From the NCBI GenBank assembly GCA_040954595.2, contig CM082578.2, forward strand, positions 2,834,831-2,898,830: a DNA stretch of 64,000 nucleotides, in the 5' to 3' direction. The notes under the pieces were generated by a model, which saw only the letters and a list, made by a program, of their open reading frames with translations, had not been told where the DNA came from and did not search any database. This DNA is from Balanoglossus misakiensis. Taxonomy: Eukaryota; Animalia; Hemichordata. The position numbers and the translations under genes were made by a program. Below, piece by piece: positions 37,801 to 51,665 of this stretch. Position 1 is the stretch's first letter. Every line of letters starts with the position of its first letter.

Positions 37801-40800
37801 AGGTGTCACTGGTGACCCAAAACTTTGGCTTTTCATTATGGCCCCATATCTCCAAATGCCAAGGCTGTACCTGCTTTGGATGCCGAGATATGCAAAAGTA
37901 GGTCAAAGGTCATCTGAGGTCACCCAAAATTTGGGCAGAAAATTTTGACCAATAGTGGTCCATGTCCAACAAAAACCAGACCTCTAGCCCTTTTGGTTAG
38001 CCCGGAATTAGGTATGCACATAAATAATGAGTTAAGCAGGTGTCACAGATGACCCAAAACTTTGGCTTTTCATTATGGCCCCATACCTCCAAACGCCAAG
38101 GCTGTATCTGCTGTGGATGTCGAGATATGCAAAAGTAGGTCAAAGGTCACCCGAGGTCACCCAACATTTGGGCAACAAATTTTGACCCAATACTGGTCCA
38201 TGTCCAACAAAAACCAAACCTCTAGGTCTATTGGTTCATCTGTAATTAGGTATGTGCATATTTAATGAGGTCAGCAGAGGTCAAAGGGGTCATGAAAAGT
38301 AGCGAAATTTCTTGATCACATACAAATCCACATACATCAAAAACCAAAATGATAGCCCTATAGGTTAGCCTAGAATTAGATATGCAGAAAAAACGATGTG
38401 TCAAAAGTAGGTCATAGGTCATTGCCAAAATTACCAAAATATTTATAGCTTATTCTTGGCATATGATGATTCATATCCGTAAAAAGAATTTTTGTGCTAT
38501 CATTTTTTAGGCTAGAAAGGGAATTTTTACTTTTTAATTGTTTTTCACAAAATCCAATATGGCCGCCATAATCTTCGACCAATCACATTCCTCTTCGCAC
38601 ACTTGATAGACATCTGTTTAATGACCACACACACCAAATATTGTGACTCAGTTATCGCCGGTTCTTGAGAAGAAGATTTTTGAAATTTTACTAGGGTTTT
38701 TTTAAAATCCAATATGGCCGCCATAATCTTCGACCAATCACAATGCTTCTTATCAAACTTGATGATCTTCGCAAACTTGATAGACCTCAGCTTGGTGACC
38801 ACATACCCCAAACCGCGTGACTCGGTTATCGCTGGTTCTGGATAAGAATATTTTTGAAATTTAAGCCAGATTTCAGAAAAACAACTGTAGCAAAAAAACT
38901 GCAACATTGACAGCAAAATATCCAATTACAAAAATGATGGGCAGAAGGTACACTACCAGCACACCAAATTTGAAGTCGATCTGACTTGTAGTTTCTGAGA
39001 TCTGAGATTTGCATTTTTTCAGAAAATCCAATATGGCCGCCATGTCACGTGACTAATTAAAAATTCAAGAGTTCAATGCACGACTACCCATTGACCTTGA
39101 CCACTGTAGCAAGTTTGAGAAGTGTACCTGCAGCGGTGTCTGAGATCTAGAGCGACAAAGAAATGACAGAAGAATAAAGAAAGAATTAAAGCTGCAAGCA
39201 CCAAATCTTGTGACTCGGTTATCGCCCGTTCTGGAGAAGAAGATTTTTGAAGTTTTACTATGGTTTTTCGAAAATCCAATATGGCCGCCATAATCTTCGA
39301 CCAATCACAATGATCTTCGCAAACTTGATAGACATCTGTTAGGTGACCACATACCCCAAACGGCGTGACTCGGTTATCGCTGGTTCTGGAGAAGAAGATT
39401 TTTGAAATTTAAGCCAGATTTCAGAAAAAAATTGTAGCAAAAAAACTGCAACATTGTCAGCATAATTTCCAATTACAAAAATGATGGGCAGAAGGTAGTC
39501 TACCAGCATGCCAAATTTGAAGTTGATCTGACTTGTAGTTTCTGAGATCTGAGATTTGCATTTTTTCAGAAAATCCAAGATGGCCGCCAGGTCACGTGAC
39601 TAATTAAAAATTCACAGGTTCAATGCACGACTACTCATTGACCTTGACCACTGTAGCAAGTTTCAGAAGTGTACCTGCAGCGGTGTCTGAGATCTAGAGC
39701 AACAAATAATTGACACAAGAATAAAGAAAGAAAGAAAGAAAGAAGAAAGAAGGAAAGACAGAATTAAAGCTGCGAGCAGCATTGTCGGGCCCAAGCGCTG
39801 ATCTTGAATTATATATGCACAGTATGAATGAGAAGAAACATAATTTTCTATCGGATGTATTATCTCATGACATAACAAGGATGTGTGTATTTTGCTGCTG
39901 AAATAGGGTGAAGTAGGTCAAAGGTCACCTGAGGTCACCCAACATTTGGGCAATTTTTTTTTTACCCATACTGGTCCCATGTCCAACAAAAACCAAAACT
40001 GTAGCTCTATTGGTTCGCCTGTAATTAGGTATGTGCATATTTAATGAGGTCAGCAGGTGTCACAGGTGACCCAAAAATGTGGCTTTACATTTTGGTCCCA
40101 TCCTGCCAAATGCCATGGCTGTATCTGCTCTGGATGCTGAGATATGCGAAAGTAGGTCAAAGGTCACCAGAGGTCACCCAAAATTTGGGCAAAAAATTTT
40201 GATCCCATACTGGTCCATGTCCAACAAAAACCAAACCTCTAGCTCTATTGGTTCGCCTGTAATTAGCTATGCACATAATTAATGAGGTCAGCAGAGGTCA
40301 AAGGGGTCATGAAAAGTAGCAAAATATTTTGATCACACACTAATCCACATGCATCAAAAACCAAAAGTCTAGCCCTATAGGTTAGCCTGGAATTAGATAT
40401 GCTGAAATAATAACGCGTGATAAGTAGGTCAAAGGTCATGTGAAAAATCCCCCCAAAATTGTAACATATTTTAGTCACATGACGATTGATATCCATAAAA
40501 AGAATTGCTATGCTATCAATTTTTAGACTAGAAAAAGGAATTTCAATTTTTCACTGCTTTTTACAAAATCCAATATGGCCGCCATAATCTTCGACCAATC
40601 ACAATGCTCTTTGCAAATTTGATAGACATCAGTGTAGTGACCGTACTACCCGAATCTTGCCACTCAGTCATCGCCCGTTCTGGAGAATAAGATTTTTGGA
40701 GTTTAACTGTGTTTTTTTGAAAATCCAATATGGCCGCCATAATCTTCGACCAATCACAATGATCTTCGCAAACTTGATAGACATCAGTAAGGTGACCACA

Positions 40801-43800
40801 TACCCCAAACCCCGTGTCTCAGTTATCACCGGTTCTGGAGAAGAAGATTTTTGAAATTTAAGCCATATTTCAGAAAAACAATTGTAGCAAAAAAACTGCA
40901 ACATTGACAGCAAAATATCCAATTACAAAAATGATGGGTAGAAGGTAGTCTACCTGCATGCCAAATTTGAAGTCGATCTGACTTGTAGTTTCTGAGATCT
41001 GAGATTTGCATTTTTTCAGAAAATCCAATATGGCCGCCAGGTCACGTGACTAATTAAGTATTCACAAGTCACTGCACATCTACTCATTGACCTTGACCAC
41101 TGTAGCAAGTTTGAGCAGTGTACCTGCAGTAGTTTCAGAGATTTAGTTGGCCGAAGAATTGACACAAGAATAAAGAAAGAATTAAAGCTGCAAGCAGCAT
41201 TGTCCGGGCCCAAGCTCTATTAACTGATCTGATTATTAGATATGCACGTAATTAATGAGTAGAAACATAATGCTGTGTTTTATCCCATGAAATATCAAGG
41301 TTATATCTATGTTTGGTGCTGATATAGTGTTAAGTAGGTCAAAGGTCACCCAGAGGTCACCCAGAATTTGGGCAGAAAATTTTGACCCATAGTGGTCCAT
41401 GTCCAACAAAAAACAGACCTCTACCCCTTTTGGTTAGCCCGGAATTAGGTATGCACATAAACAATGAGTTAAGCAGGTGTCACAGGTGACCAAAAACTTT
41501 GGCTTTTCATTATGGCCCCATACCTCCAAACGCCAAGGCTGTATCTGCTGTGGATGCTGAGATTTGCGAAAGTAGGTCAAAGGTCACCAGAGGTCACCCA
41601 ACGTTTAGGTAAAAAAATTTGACCCCATACTTGTCCTGTCCTACAAAAACAAAACCTCTAGGTCTATTGGTTCGCCTGTAATTAGCTATGCACATAATTA
41701 ATGAGGTCAGCAGGGGTCAATGGGGTCATGAAAAGTAGCAAAATATTTTGATCACACACTAATCCACATACATGAAAAACCAAACTTATAGCCCCATTGG
41801 TTAGCCTGGAATTAGATATGCAAAAAAATGATGCGTCAAAAGTAGGTCAAAGGTCATTGCCAAAATTACCAAAATATTTATAGCACATTGTAGTCATATG
41901 ATGATTCATATCCATAAAAAGAATTTCTGTGCTATCAATTTTTAGGCTAGAAAGGGAATTTTTACTTTTTAATCGTTTTTCACAAAATCCAATATGGCCG
42001 CCATAATCTTCGACCAATCACAATGCTCTTTGCAAACTTGATAGACATCTGTTTAATGACCACACACACCAAATCTTGTGACTCGGTTATCGCCGGTTCT
42101 TGAGAAGAAGATTTTTGAAATTTTACTAGGGTTTTTCGAAAATCCAATATGGCCGCCAAAATCTCGACCAATCACAATGATCTTCGCAAACTTGATAGAC
42201 ATCAGTTAGGTGACCACATACACCAAACCCTGTGTCTCGGTTATCACCGGTTCTGGAGAAGAAGATTTTTGAAATTTAAGCCAGATTTCAGAAAAAAAAT
42301 TGTAGCAAAAAAACTGCAACATTGACAGCATAATTTCTATTTACAAAAATGATGGGCAGAATGAAATCTACCTGCACGCCAAATTTGAAGTCGATCTGAC
42401 TTGTAGTTTCTGAGATCTGAGATTTGCATTTTTTCAGAAAATCCAAGATGGCCGCCAGGTCACGTGACTAATTAAAAATTCAAGGGTTCAATGCACGACT
42501 ACTCATTGACCTTGACTACTGTAGCAAGTTTCAGAAGTGTACCTGCAGCGGTGTCTGAGATCTCGTGGGTCAAAGAATTGACACAAGAATAAAGAAAGAA
42601 AGAAAGAATTAAAGCTGCAAGCAGCATTGTCCGGGCCCAAGCTCTATTAACTGATCTGATTATTAGATATGCACGTAATTAATGAGTAGAAATATAATGC
42701 TGTATTTTATCCCATGAAATATCAAGGTTATATCTATGTTTGGTGCTGATATAGTGTTAAGTAGGTCAAAGGTCACCCAGAGGTCACCCACAATTTGGGC
42801 AGAAAATTTTGACCCATAGTGGTCCATGTCCAACAAAAAACAGACCTCTACCCCTTTTGGTTAGCCCGAAATTAGGTATGCACATAAATAATGAGTTAAG
42901 CAGGTGTCACAGGTGACCAAAAACTTTGGCTTTTCATTATGGCCCCATACCTCCAAACGCCAAGGCTGTATCTGCTGTGGATGCTGAGATTTGCGAAAGT
43001 AGGTCAAAGGTTACCAGAGGTCACCCAAAATTTGGGTAAAAAATTTTGACCCCATACTTGTCCTGTCCTACAAAAACAAAACCTCTAGGTCTATTGGTTC
43101 GCCTGTAATTAACTATGCACATAATTAATGAGGTCAGCAGGGGTCAATGGGGTCATGAAAAGTAGCAAAATATTTTGATCACACATAAATTCACATGCAT
43201 CAAAACCAAATGTCTAGCCCTATTGGTTAGCCTGGAATTAGATATGCAAAAAAATGATGCGTCAAAAGTAGGTCAAAGGTCATTGCCAAAATTACCAAAA
43301 TATTCATAGCACATTGTAGTCATATGATGATTCATATCCATAAAAAGAATTTCTGTGCTATCAATTTTTAGGCTAGAAAGGGAATTTATACTTTTTAATC
43401 GTTTTTCACAAAATCCAATATGGCCGCCATAATCTTCGACCAATCACAATGCTCTTTGCAAACTTGATAGACATCTGTTTAATGATCACACACACCAAAT
43501 CTTGTGACTCGGTTATCGCCGGTTCTTGAGAAGAAGACTTTTGAAATTTTACTAGGGTTTTTCGAAAATCCAATATGGCCGCCAAAATCTTCGACCAATC
43601 ACAATGATCTTCGCAAACTTGATAGACATCAGTTAGGTGACCACATACACCAAACCCTGTGTCTCGGTTATCACTGGTTCTGGAGAAGAAGATTTTTGAA
43701 ATTTAAGCCAGATTTCAGAAAAAAAATTGTAGCAAAAAAACTGCAACATTGACAGCATAATTTCTATTTACAAATATGATGGGCAGAATGAAATCTACCT

Positions 43801-46800
43801 GCACGCCAAATTTGAAGTCGATCTGACTTGTAGTTTCTGAGATCTGAGATTTGCATTTTTTCAGAAAATCCAAGATGGCCGCCAGGTCACGTGACTAATT
43901 AAAAATTCAAGGGTTCAATGCACGACTACTCATTGACCTTGACTACTGTAGCAAGTTTCAGAAGTGTACCTGCAGCGGTGTCTGAGATCTCGTGGGTCAA
44001 AGAATTGACACAAGAATAAAGAAAGAAAGAAAGAAAGAAAGAATTAAAGCTGCAAGCAGCATTGCCGGGCCCAAGCGCTGATCCGGTATTATATATGCAC
44101 AGTATGATTGAGAAGAAACAGAATGCTCTATCGGGTGTTTTATCTCATGACATAACAAGGACATATGTATTTTTGCTGCTGAAATAGAGTAAAGTAGGTC
44201 AAAGGTCACCTCAGGTCACCCAACATTTGGGCAATTTTTTTTTACCCATACTGGGCCATGTCCAACAAAAACCAAAACTCTAGCTCTATTGGTTCACCTG
44301 TAATAAGGTATGTGCATATTTAATGAGGTCAACAGTGTCACAGGTGACCCAAAAATGTGGCTTTACATTTTGGTCCCATCCTGCCAAATGCCAACGCTGT
44401 ATCTGCTCTGGATGTTGAGATACGCGAAAGTAGGTCAAAGGTCACCAGAGGTCACCCAACATTTGGGTAAAAATTTTTGATCCCATACTTGTCCTGTCCA
44501 ACAAAAACAAAACCTCTAGGTCTATTGGTTCGCCTGTAATTAGCTATGCACATAATTAATGAGGTCAGCAGGGGTCAAAGGGGTCGTGAAAAGTAGCAAA
44601 ATATTTTGATCACACTCAATCCACATACATCAAAAACCAAACTTATAGCCCTATTGGTTAGCCTGGAATTAGATATGCAGAAAAATGATGCGTCAAAAGT
44701 AGGTCAAAGGTCATTGCCAAAATTACCAAAATATTTATAGCACATTGTAGTCATATGATGATTCATATCCATAAAAAGAATTTCTGTGCTATCAATTTTT
44801 AGGCTAGAAAGGGAATTTTTACTTTTTAGTCGTTGTTCACAAAATCCAATATGGCCGCCATAATCTTCGACCAATCACAATGCTCTGTGCAAACTTGATA
44901 GACATCTGTTTAATGACCACACACACCAAATCTTGTGACTCGGTTATCGCCGGTTCTTGAGAAGAAGATTTTTGAAATTTTACTAGGGTTTTTCGAAAAT
45001 CCAATATGGCCGCCAAAATCTTCGACCAATCACAATGATCTTCGCAAACTTGATAGACATCAGTTAGGTGACCACATACACCAAACCCTGTGTCTCGGTT
45101 ATCACTGGTTCTGGAGAAGAAGATTTTTGAAATTTAAGCCAGATTTCAGAAAAAAAAATTGTAGCAAAAAACTGCAACTTTGTCAGCATAATTTCCAATT
45201 ACAAAAATGATGGGCAGAAGGTAGTCTACCAGCATGCCAAATTTGAAGTCGATCTGACTTGTAGTTTCTGAGATCTGAGATTTGCATTTTTTCAGAAAAT
45301 CCAAGATGGCCGCCAGGTCACGTGACTAATTAAAAATTCAAGGGTTCAATGCAGGACTACTCATTGACCTTGACCACTGTAGCAAGTTTCAGAAGTGTAC
45401 CTGCAGCGGTGTCTGAGATCTCGTGGGTCAAAGAATTGACACAAGAATAAAGAAAGAAAGAAAGTAAAATTCCAACGAAACCAATACGGGCCCAAGCCTG
45501 GCTTGGCTTGGGCCCGTAAAAATTCCAACGAAACCAATACGGGCCCAAGCCTGGCTTGGCTTGGGCCCGTAAAAATTCCAACGAAACCAATACGGGCCCA
45601 AGCCTGGCTTGGCTTGGGCCCGTAATTAAAGCTGCAAGCAGCATTGTCCGGGCCCAAGCTCTATTATCTGATCTGATGCTGATATAGTGTTAAGTAGGTC
45701 AAAGGTCACCCGAGGTCACCCAAAATTTGGGCAAAATATTTTGACCCGATACTGGTCCATGTCCAAAAAAAAAAAAACCTCTAGGTCATTTGGTTCATCT
45801 GTAATAAGGTATGCGCATATTTAATGAGGTCAGCAGAGGTCAAAGGGGTCATGAAAAGTAGCAAAAATTTTTGATCACATACAAAACCACATACATCAGA
45901 AACCAAACTTATAGCCCTATTGGTTAGCCTGGAATTAGATATGCAGAAAAATGATGCTTCAAAAGTAGGTCAAAGGTCATTGCCAAAATTACCAAAATAT
46001 TTATAGCTTATTCTTGGCATATGATGATTCATATCCATAAAAAGAATTTCTGTGCTATCAATTTTTAGGCTTGAAAGGGAATTTTTACTTTTTAATCGTT
46101 TTTCACAAAATCCAATATGGCCGCCATAATCTTCGACCAATCACAATGATCTTCGCAAACTTGATAGACATCTGTTAGGTGACCACATACCCCAAACGGC
46201 GTGACTCGGTTATCGCTGGTTCTGGAGAAGAAGATTTTTGAAATTTAAGCCAGATTTCAGAAAAAAAATTGTAGCAAAAAAACTGCAACATTGTCAGCAT
46301 AATTTCCAATTACAAAAATGATGGGCAGAAGGTAGTCTACCAGCATGCCAAATTTGAAGTTGATCTGACTTGTAGTTTCTGAGATCTGAGATTTGCATTT
46401 TTTCAGAAAATCCAAGATGGCCGCCAGGTCACGTGACTAATTAAAAATTCACAGGTTCAATGCACGACTACTCATTGACCTTGACCACTGTAGCAAGTTT
46501 CAGAAGTGTACCTGCAGCGGTGTCTGAGATCTAGAGCAACAAATAATTGACACAAGAATAAAGAAAGAAAGAAAGAAAGAAGAAAGAAGGAAAGACAGAA
46601 TTAAAGCTGCGAGCAGCATTGTCGGGCCCAAGCGCTGATCTTGAATTATATATGCACAGTATGAATGAGAAGAAACATAATTTTCTATCGGATGTATTAT
46701 CTCATGACATAACAAGGATGTGTGTATTTTGCTGCTGAAATAGGGTGAAGTAGGTCAAAGGTCACCTGAGGTCACCCAACATTTGGGCAATTTTTTTTTA

Positions 46801-49800
46801 CCCATACTGGTCCCATGTCCAACAAAAACCAAAACTGTAGCTCTATTGGTTCGCCTGTAATTAGGTATGTGCATATTTAATGAGGTCAGCAGGTGTCACA
46901 GGTGACCCAAAAATGTGGCTTTACATTTTGGTCCCATCCTGCCAAATGCCATGGCTGTATCTGCTCTGGATGCTGAGATATGCGAAAGTAGGTCAAAGGT
47001 CACCAGAGGTCACCCAAAATTTGGGCAAAAAATTTTGATCCCATACTGGTCCATGTCCAACAAAAACCAAACCTCTAGCTCTATTGGTTCGCCTGTAATT
47101 AGCTATGCACATAATTAATGAGGTCAGCAGAGGTCAAAGGGGTCATGAAAAGTAGCAAAATATTTTGATCACACACTAATCCACATGCATCAAAAACCAA
47201 AAGTCTAGCCCTATAGGTTAGCCTGGAATTAGATATGCTGAAATAATAACGCGTGATAAGTAGGTCAAAGGTCATGTGAAAAATCCCCCAAAAATTGTAA
47301 CATATTTTAGTCACATGACGATTGATATCCATAAAAAGAATTGCTATGCTATCAATTTTTAGACTAGAAAAAGGAATTTCAATTTTTCACTGCTTTTTAC
47401 AAAATCTAATATGGCCGCCATAATCTTCGACCAATCACAATGCTCTTTGCAAATTTGATAGACATCAGTGTAGTGACCGTACTACCTGAATCTTGCCACT
47501 CAGTCATCGCCCGTTCTGGAGAATAAGATTTTTGGAGTTTAACTGTGTTTTTTTGAAAATCCAATATGGCCGCCATAATCTTCGACCAATCACAATGATC
47601 TTCGCAAACTTGATAGACATCAGTTAGGTGACCACATACCCCAAACCCCGTGTCTCAGTTATCACCGGTTCTGGAGAAGAAGATTTTTGAAATTTAAGCC
47701 ATATTTCAGAAAAACAATTGTAGCAAAAAAACTGCAACATTGACAGCAAAATATCCAATTACAAAAATGATGGGTAGAAGGTAGTCTACCTGCATGCCAA
47801 ATTTGAAGTCGATCTGACTCGTAGTTTCTGAGATCTGAGATTTGCATTTTTTCAGAAAATCCAATATGGCCGCCAGGTCACGTGACTAATTAAGTATTCA
47901 CAAGTCACTGCACATCTACTCATTGACCTTGACCACTGTAGCAAGTTTGAGCAGTGTACCTGCAGTAGTTTCAGAGATTTAGTTGGCCGAAGAATTGACA
48001 CAAGAATAAAGAAAGAATTAAAGCTGCAAGCAGCATTGTCCGGGCCCAAGCTCTATTATCTGACCTGATTATTAGATATGCACATAATTAATGAGTAGAA
48101 ACATAATGCTGTGTTTTATCCCATAAAATATCAAGGTTATATCTATGTTTGGTGCTGATATAGTGTTAAGTAGGTCAAAGGTCAACCAGGGGTCACCCAC
48201 AAATTGGGCAGAATATTTTGACCCACAGTGGTCCATGTCCAACAAAAACCAGACCTCTAGCCCTTTTGGTTAGCCTAGAATTAGGTATGCACATAAATAA
48301 TGAGGTCAGCAGAGGTCAGAGGTGACCCAAAACTTTGGCTTTTCATTATGGCCCCATATCTACAAATGCCAAGGCTGTACCTGCTTTGGATGCCGAGATA
48401 TGCAAAAGTAGGTCAAAGGTCACCCGAGGTCACCCAACATTTGGGCAAAATATTTTGACCCCATACTGATCCATGTCCAAAAAAACCCAAACCTCTAGGT
48501 CTATTGGTTAATCTGTAATTAGGTATGCGCATATTTAATGAGGTCAGCAGAGGTCAAAGGGGTCATGAAAAGTAGCAAAAATTTTTGTTCACATACAAAT
48601 CCACATACATCAAAAACCAAACTTATAGCCCTATTGGTTAGCCTGGAATTAGATATGCAGAAAAATGATGCGTCAAAAGTAGGTCAAAGGTCATTGCCGA
48701 AATTACCAAAATATTTATAGCTTATACTTGTCATATGATGATTCATATCCATTAAAAGAATTTCTGTGCTATCAATTTTTAGGCTAGAAAGGGAATTTTT
48801 ACTTTTTAATCGTTTTTCACAAAATCCAATATGGCCGCCATAATCTTCGACCAATCACATTCAACTTCGCAAACTTGATAGACATCTGTTTAATAACCAC
48901 ACACACCAAATCTTGTGACTCGGTTATCGCCGGTTCTTGAGAAGAAGATTTTTGAAATTTTACTAGGGTTTTTCGAAAATCCAATATGGCCGCCATAATC
49001 TTGGACCAATCACAATGATCTTCGCAAACTTGATAGACCTCAGTTTGGTGACCACATACCCCAAACCGCGTGACTCGGTTATCACCGGTTCTGGAGAAGA
49101 AGATTTTTGAAATTTAAGCCAGATTTCAGAAAAAAAATTGTAGCAAAAAAACTGCAACTTTGTCAGCATAATTTCCAATTACAAAAATGACGGGCAGAAG
49201 GTAGTCTACCAGCATGCCAAATTTGAAGTCGCTCTGACTTGTAGTTTCTGAGATCTGAGATTTGCATTTTTTCAGAAAATCCAATATGGCCGCCATGTCA
49301 TGTGACTAATTAAGTATTCACAAGTCACTGCACATCTACTCATTAACCTTGACCACTGTAGCAAGTTTGAGAACTGTACCTGCAGTGGTGTCTGAGATCT
49401 AGAGCGATAAAGAATGGAACCAAGAATAAAGAAAGAAAGAAAGAAAGAAAGACAGATTAAAGCTGCAAGCAGCATTGTCCGGGCCCAAGCTCTATTATCT
49501 GATCTGATATTAGATATGCACATAATTAATGAGTAGAAACATAATGCTCTGTTTTATCCCATGAAATATCAAGGTTATATCTATGTTTGGTGTTGATATA
49601 GTGTAAAGTAGGTCAAAGGTCTCCCAGGGGTCACCCATAATTTGGGCAGAAAATTTTGACCCATAGTGGTCCATGTCCAACAAAAACCAGACCTCTAGCC
49701 CTTTTGGTTAGCCTGGAATTAGGTATGCACATAAATAATGAGTTAAGCAGGTGTCACAGGTGAGCCAAAACTTTGGCTTTTCATTATGGCCCCATACCTC

Positions 49801-50215
49801 CAAACGCCAAGGCTGTATCTGCTGTGGATGTCGAGATATGCAAAAGTAGGTCAAAGGTCACCTAAGGTCACCCAACATTTGGGCAAAATATTTTGACACC
49901 ATACTGGTTCATGTATAACAAAAACAAAACCTCAAGGTCTATTGGTTCATCATTAATTAGGTATGTACATATTTAATGAGGTCAGCAGAGGTCAAAGGGG
50001 TCATGAGAAGTAGCAAAATTTTTTGATCACATACAAATCCACATACATCAAAAACCAAACTTATAGCCCTATTGGTTAGCCTGGAATTAGATATGCAGAA
50101 AAATGATGCGTCAAAAGTAGGTCAAAGGTCATTGCCAAAATTACCAAAATATTTATAGCTTATTCTTGTCATATGATGATTCATATCCATAAAAAGAATA
50201 TCTGTGCTATCAATT
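34874..50215 (-). mobile_element. 15.3-kb tandem/nested array of HINE family 1 (12 tails, 3 heads)
   Basis: Tails (aattaaagctgcRagca) start at 34874, 36072, 37508, 39184 (truncated), 39762, 41180, 42607, 44042, 45624, 46599, 48016 and ~49455. Heads occur only at 45466-45623. The array is truncated mid-body at ~50215. Confidence 0.85.
45466..45623 (-). repeat. Three tandem 53-bp HINE 5' heads, each with a 14-bp perfect hairpin
   Basis: aaaattccaacgaaaccaa-tacgggcccaagcc-tggctt-ggcttgggcccgta three times; homologous to the head at 23516. Confidence 0.92.
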
Positions 50216-50747
50216 ATTATTTCGTCTCTTGAAATGAATTAAAACTGCCCTTTTTAGTTTCTTTTGCTTATTTGATCACCATGCGATCGTCAATAAATGG
50301 AAATTAAACCAAATACGTGTACCAAAAACGTGCGGGAAGGATTTAAAACGGTACGTTTCTTATTATTAGCGGCAGTTAGAACAACTTTGTATAACGGTTT
50401 GTTCATAGACGTCGGCATCATGGACATTGCAGGGTCTATGTCTGCACGCATCGACAAATACAGTACACGTAGAGCATTGCCTTTGAAAGAAACTTGTCCC
50501 CGTCGATTTTCCGAATCTGTTTTTAAAATCATGAACTGGACATTTCGCCCTGTCAAATCAGCGCAAAATTGTTTATTGGAAATGACACGCCGAACGTGTA
50601 AGAGAGCTGCGCGTCGATGGCACCGCAAGTTGCTGACGTCACTTCCTGTAGTATTTTCAAGTGAAAGTGATTTAACCCATCGGAACGTTGCCATTTTTTA
50701 CATCCGGTTTGTACTTTGAAGCCAAAAATTGCGGGTGTCGTTCCACT
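50216..50747. mobile_element. Possible truncated TTAA-type (Kolobok-like) element end
   Basis: CpG-rich segment ending gtcgttccact|TTAA, containing tgacgtcacttcctgt. The other terminus is absent. Confidence 0.3.
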
Positions 50748-51665
50748 TTAAAATACTTGTTTTAAACAACATTCTCTCACGTGTTATGTTTGTTGTGCTT
50801 GGGTCTCGGTGGATATTTTAACTGTAAATTCCATATTTCTTTTCATGAGCAAAAATTCTCTCTTTTCTAAAGGTAATGTAAAACTCAAGTTATTTTGTAA
50901 AGAGTTTACAAAACCTTTGTAAGCAATAAAGTTGGGTAGGTCTCCCTTACAACGACAAATACAAGTGTACCTTTTACCAATAAGAAGTAGGAAATTCACT
51001 AGAATAATAAGCTGTTTTTATAGCCCCCCCCCCCCCTAAAATACTGATTTTTATGGTGGAAATCCCAAATTTTCATGTAAAAATCTATGCCCCCAAGTAA
51101 AACATCCATTCCCTGGAAGTATTTTCTGAACAATCCCTTAGCAGACAGTGGCCTAATGTACACGCCACATCACATGCATCGTCTATGCACCACTCCAACG
51201 AAACAGGTCATCCGCGAACGAGACTGTAAGGCGTGGCTTCCTGACCAGTAGGCAAAATCGATCAGATACAAATGGCTTCTCGGTAGAGAAGAGACGTCGT
51301 GTAAATACCTCGCCGATTTAGCCTGTTTTTTTCTTATATTTACCGTTAAGGACGGTTTTGATGTGATAGTCATGACAGATATTATTAGCGCTACGTCTAA
51401 GTCGCCTCATCGACGGTAGCAACACCACTTTCCACTCGCACGTGCTCGCTCGACTACAGTCTCCTATTTTCCGGAGAGCAAGGTTGACCTTGCAACATGG
51501 CGGGCGAAGATGTAGCAAAACTATTGGCATTTCTCTACTGTAGGACACGTGTACTCTGGGCACCGTACTCCTCACGGGATCTGATTCACTCAGATCAGTA
51601 CACGTCCTATGGTGTTAATGCCACATCAGTTTTGGAGCGCATAGCTGGGGTGAAATGACATTTTA

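Noticed and set aside
45466-45623. CRISPR-like palindromic direct repeats
   Set aside because: The spacers are identical, the context is eukaryotic with no cas genes, and the unit is the HINE 5' head.
34874-50215. Many recurrent 60-130 aa ORFs (e.g. ...IGRRLWRPYWIL, MAAILDF...)
   Set aside because: Chance frames in non-coding repeats; frames break between copies and no domain is recognisable.
50290-50719. Overlapping 134 and 140 aa ORFs on opposite strands
   Set aside because: No recognisable domain or splice context; likely chance ORFs in a CpG-rich transposon fragment.
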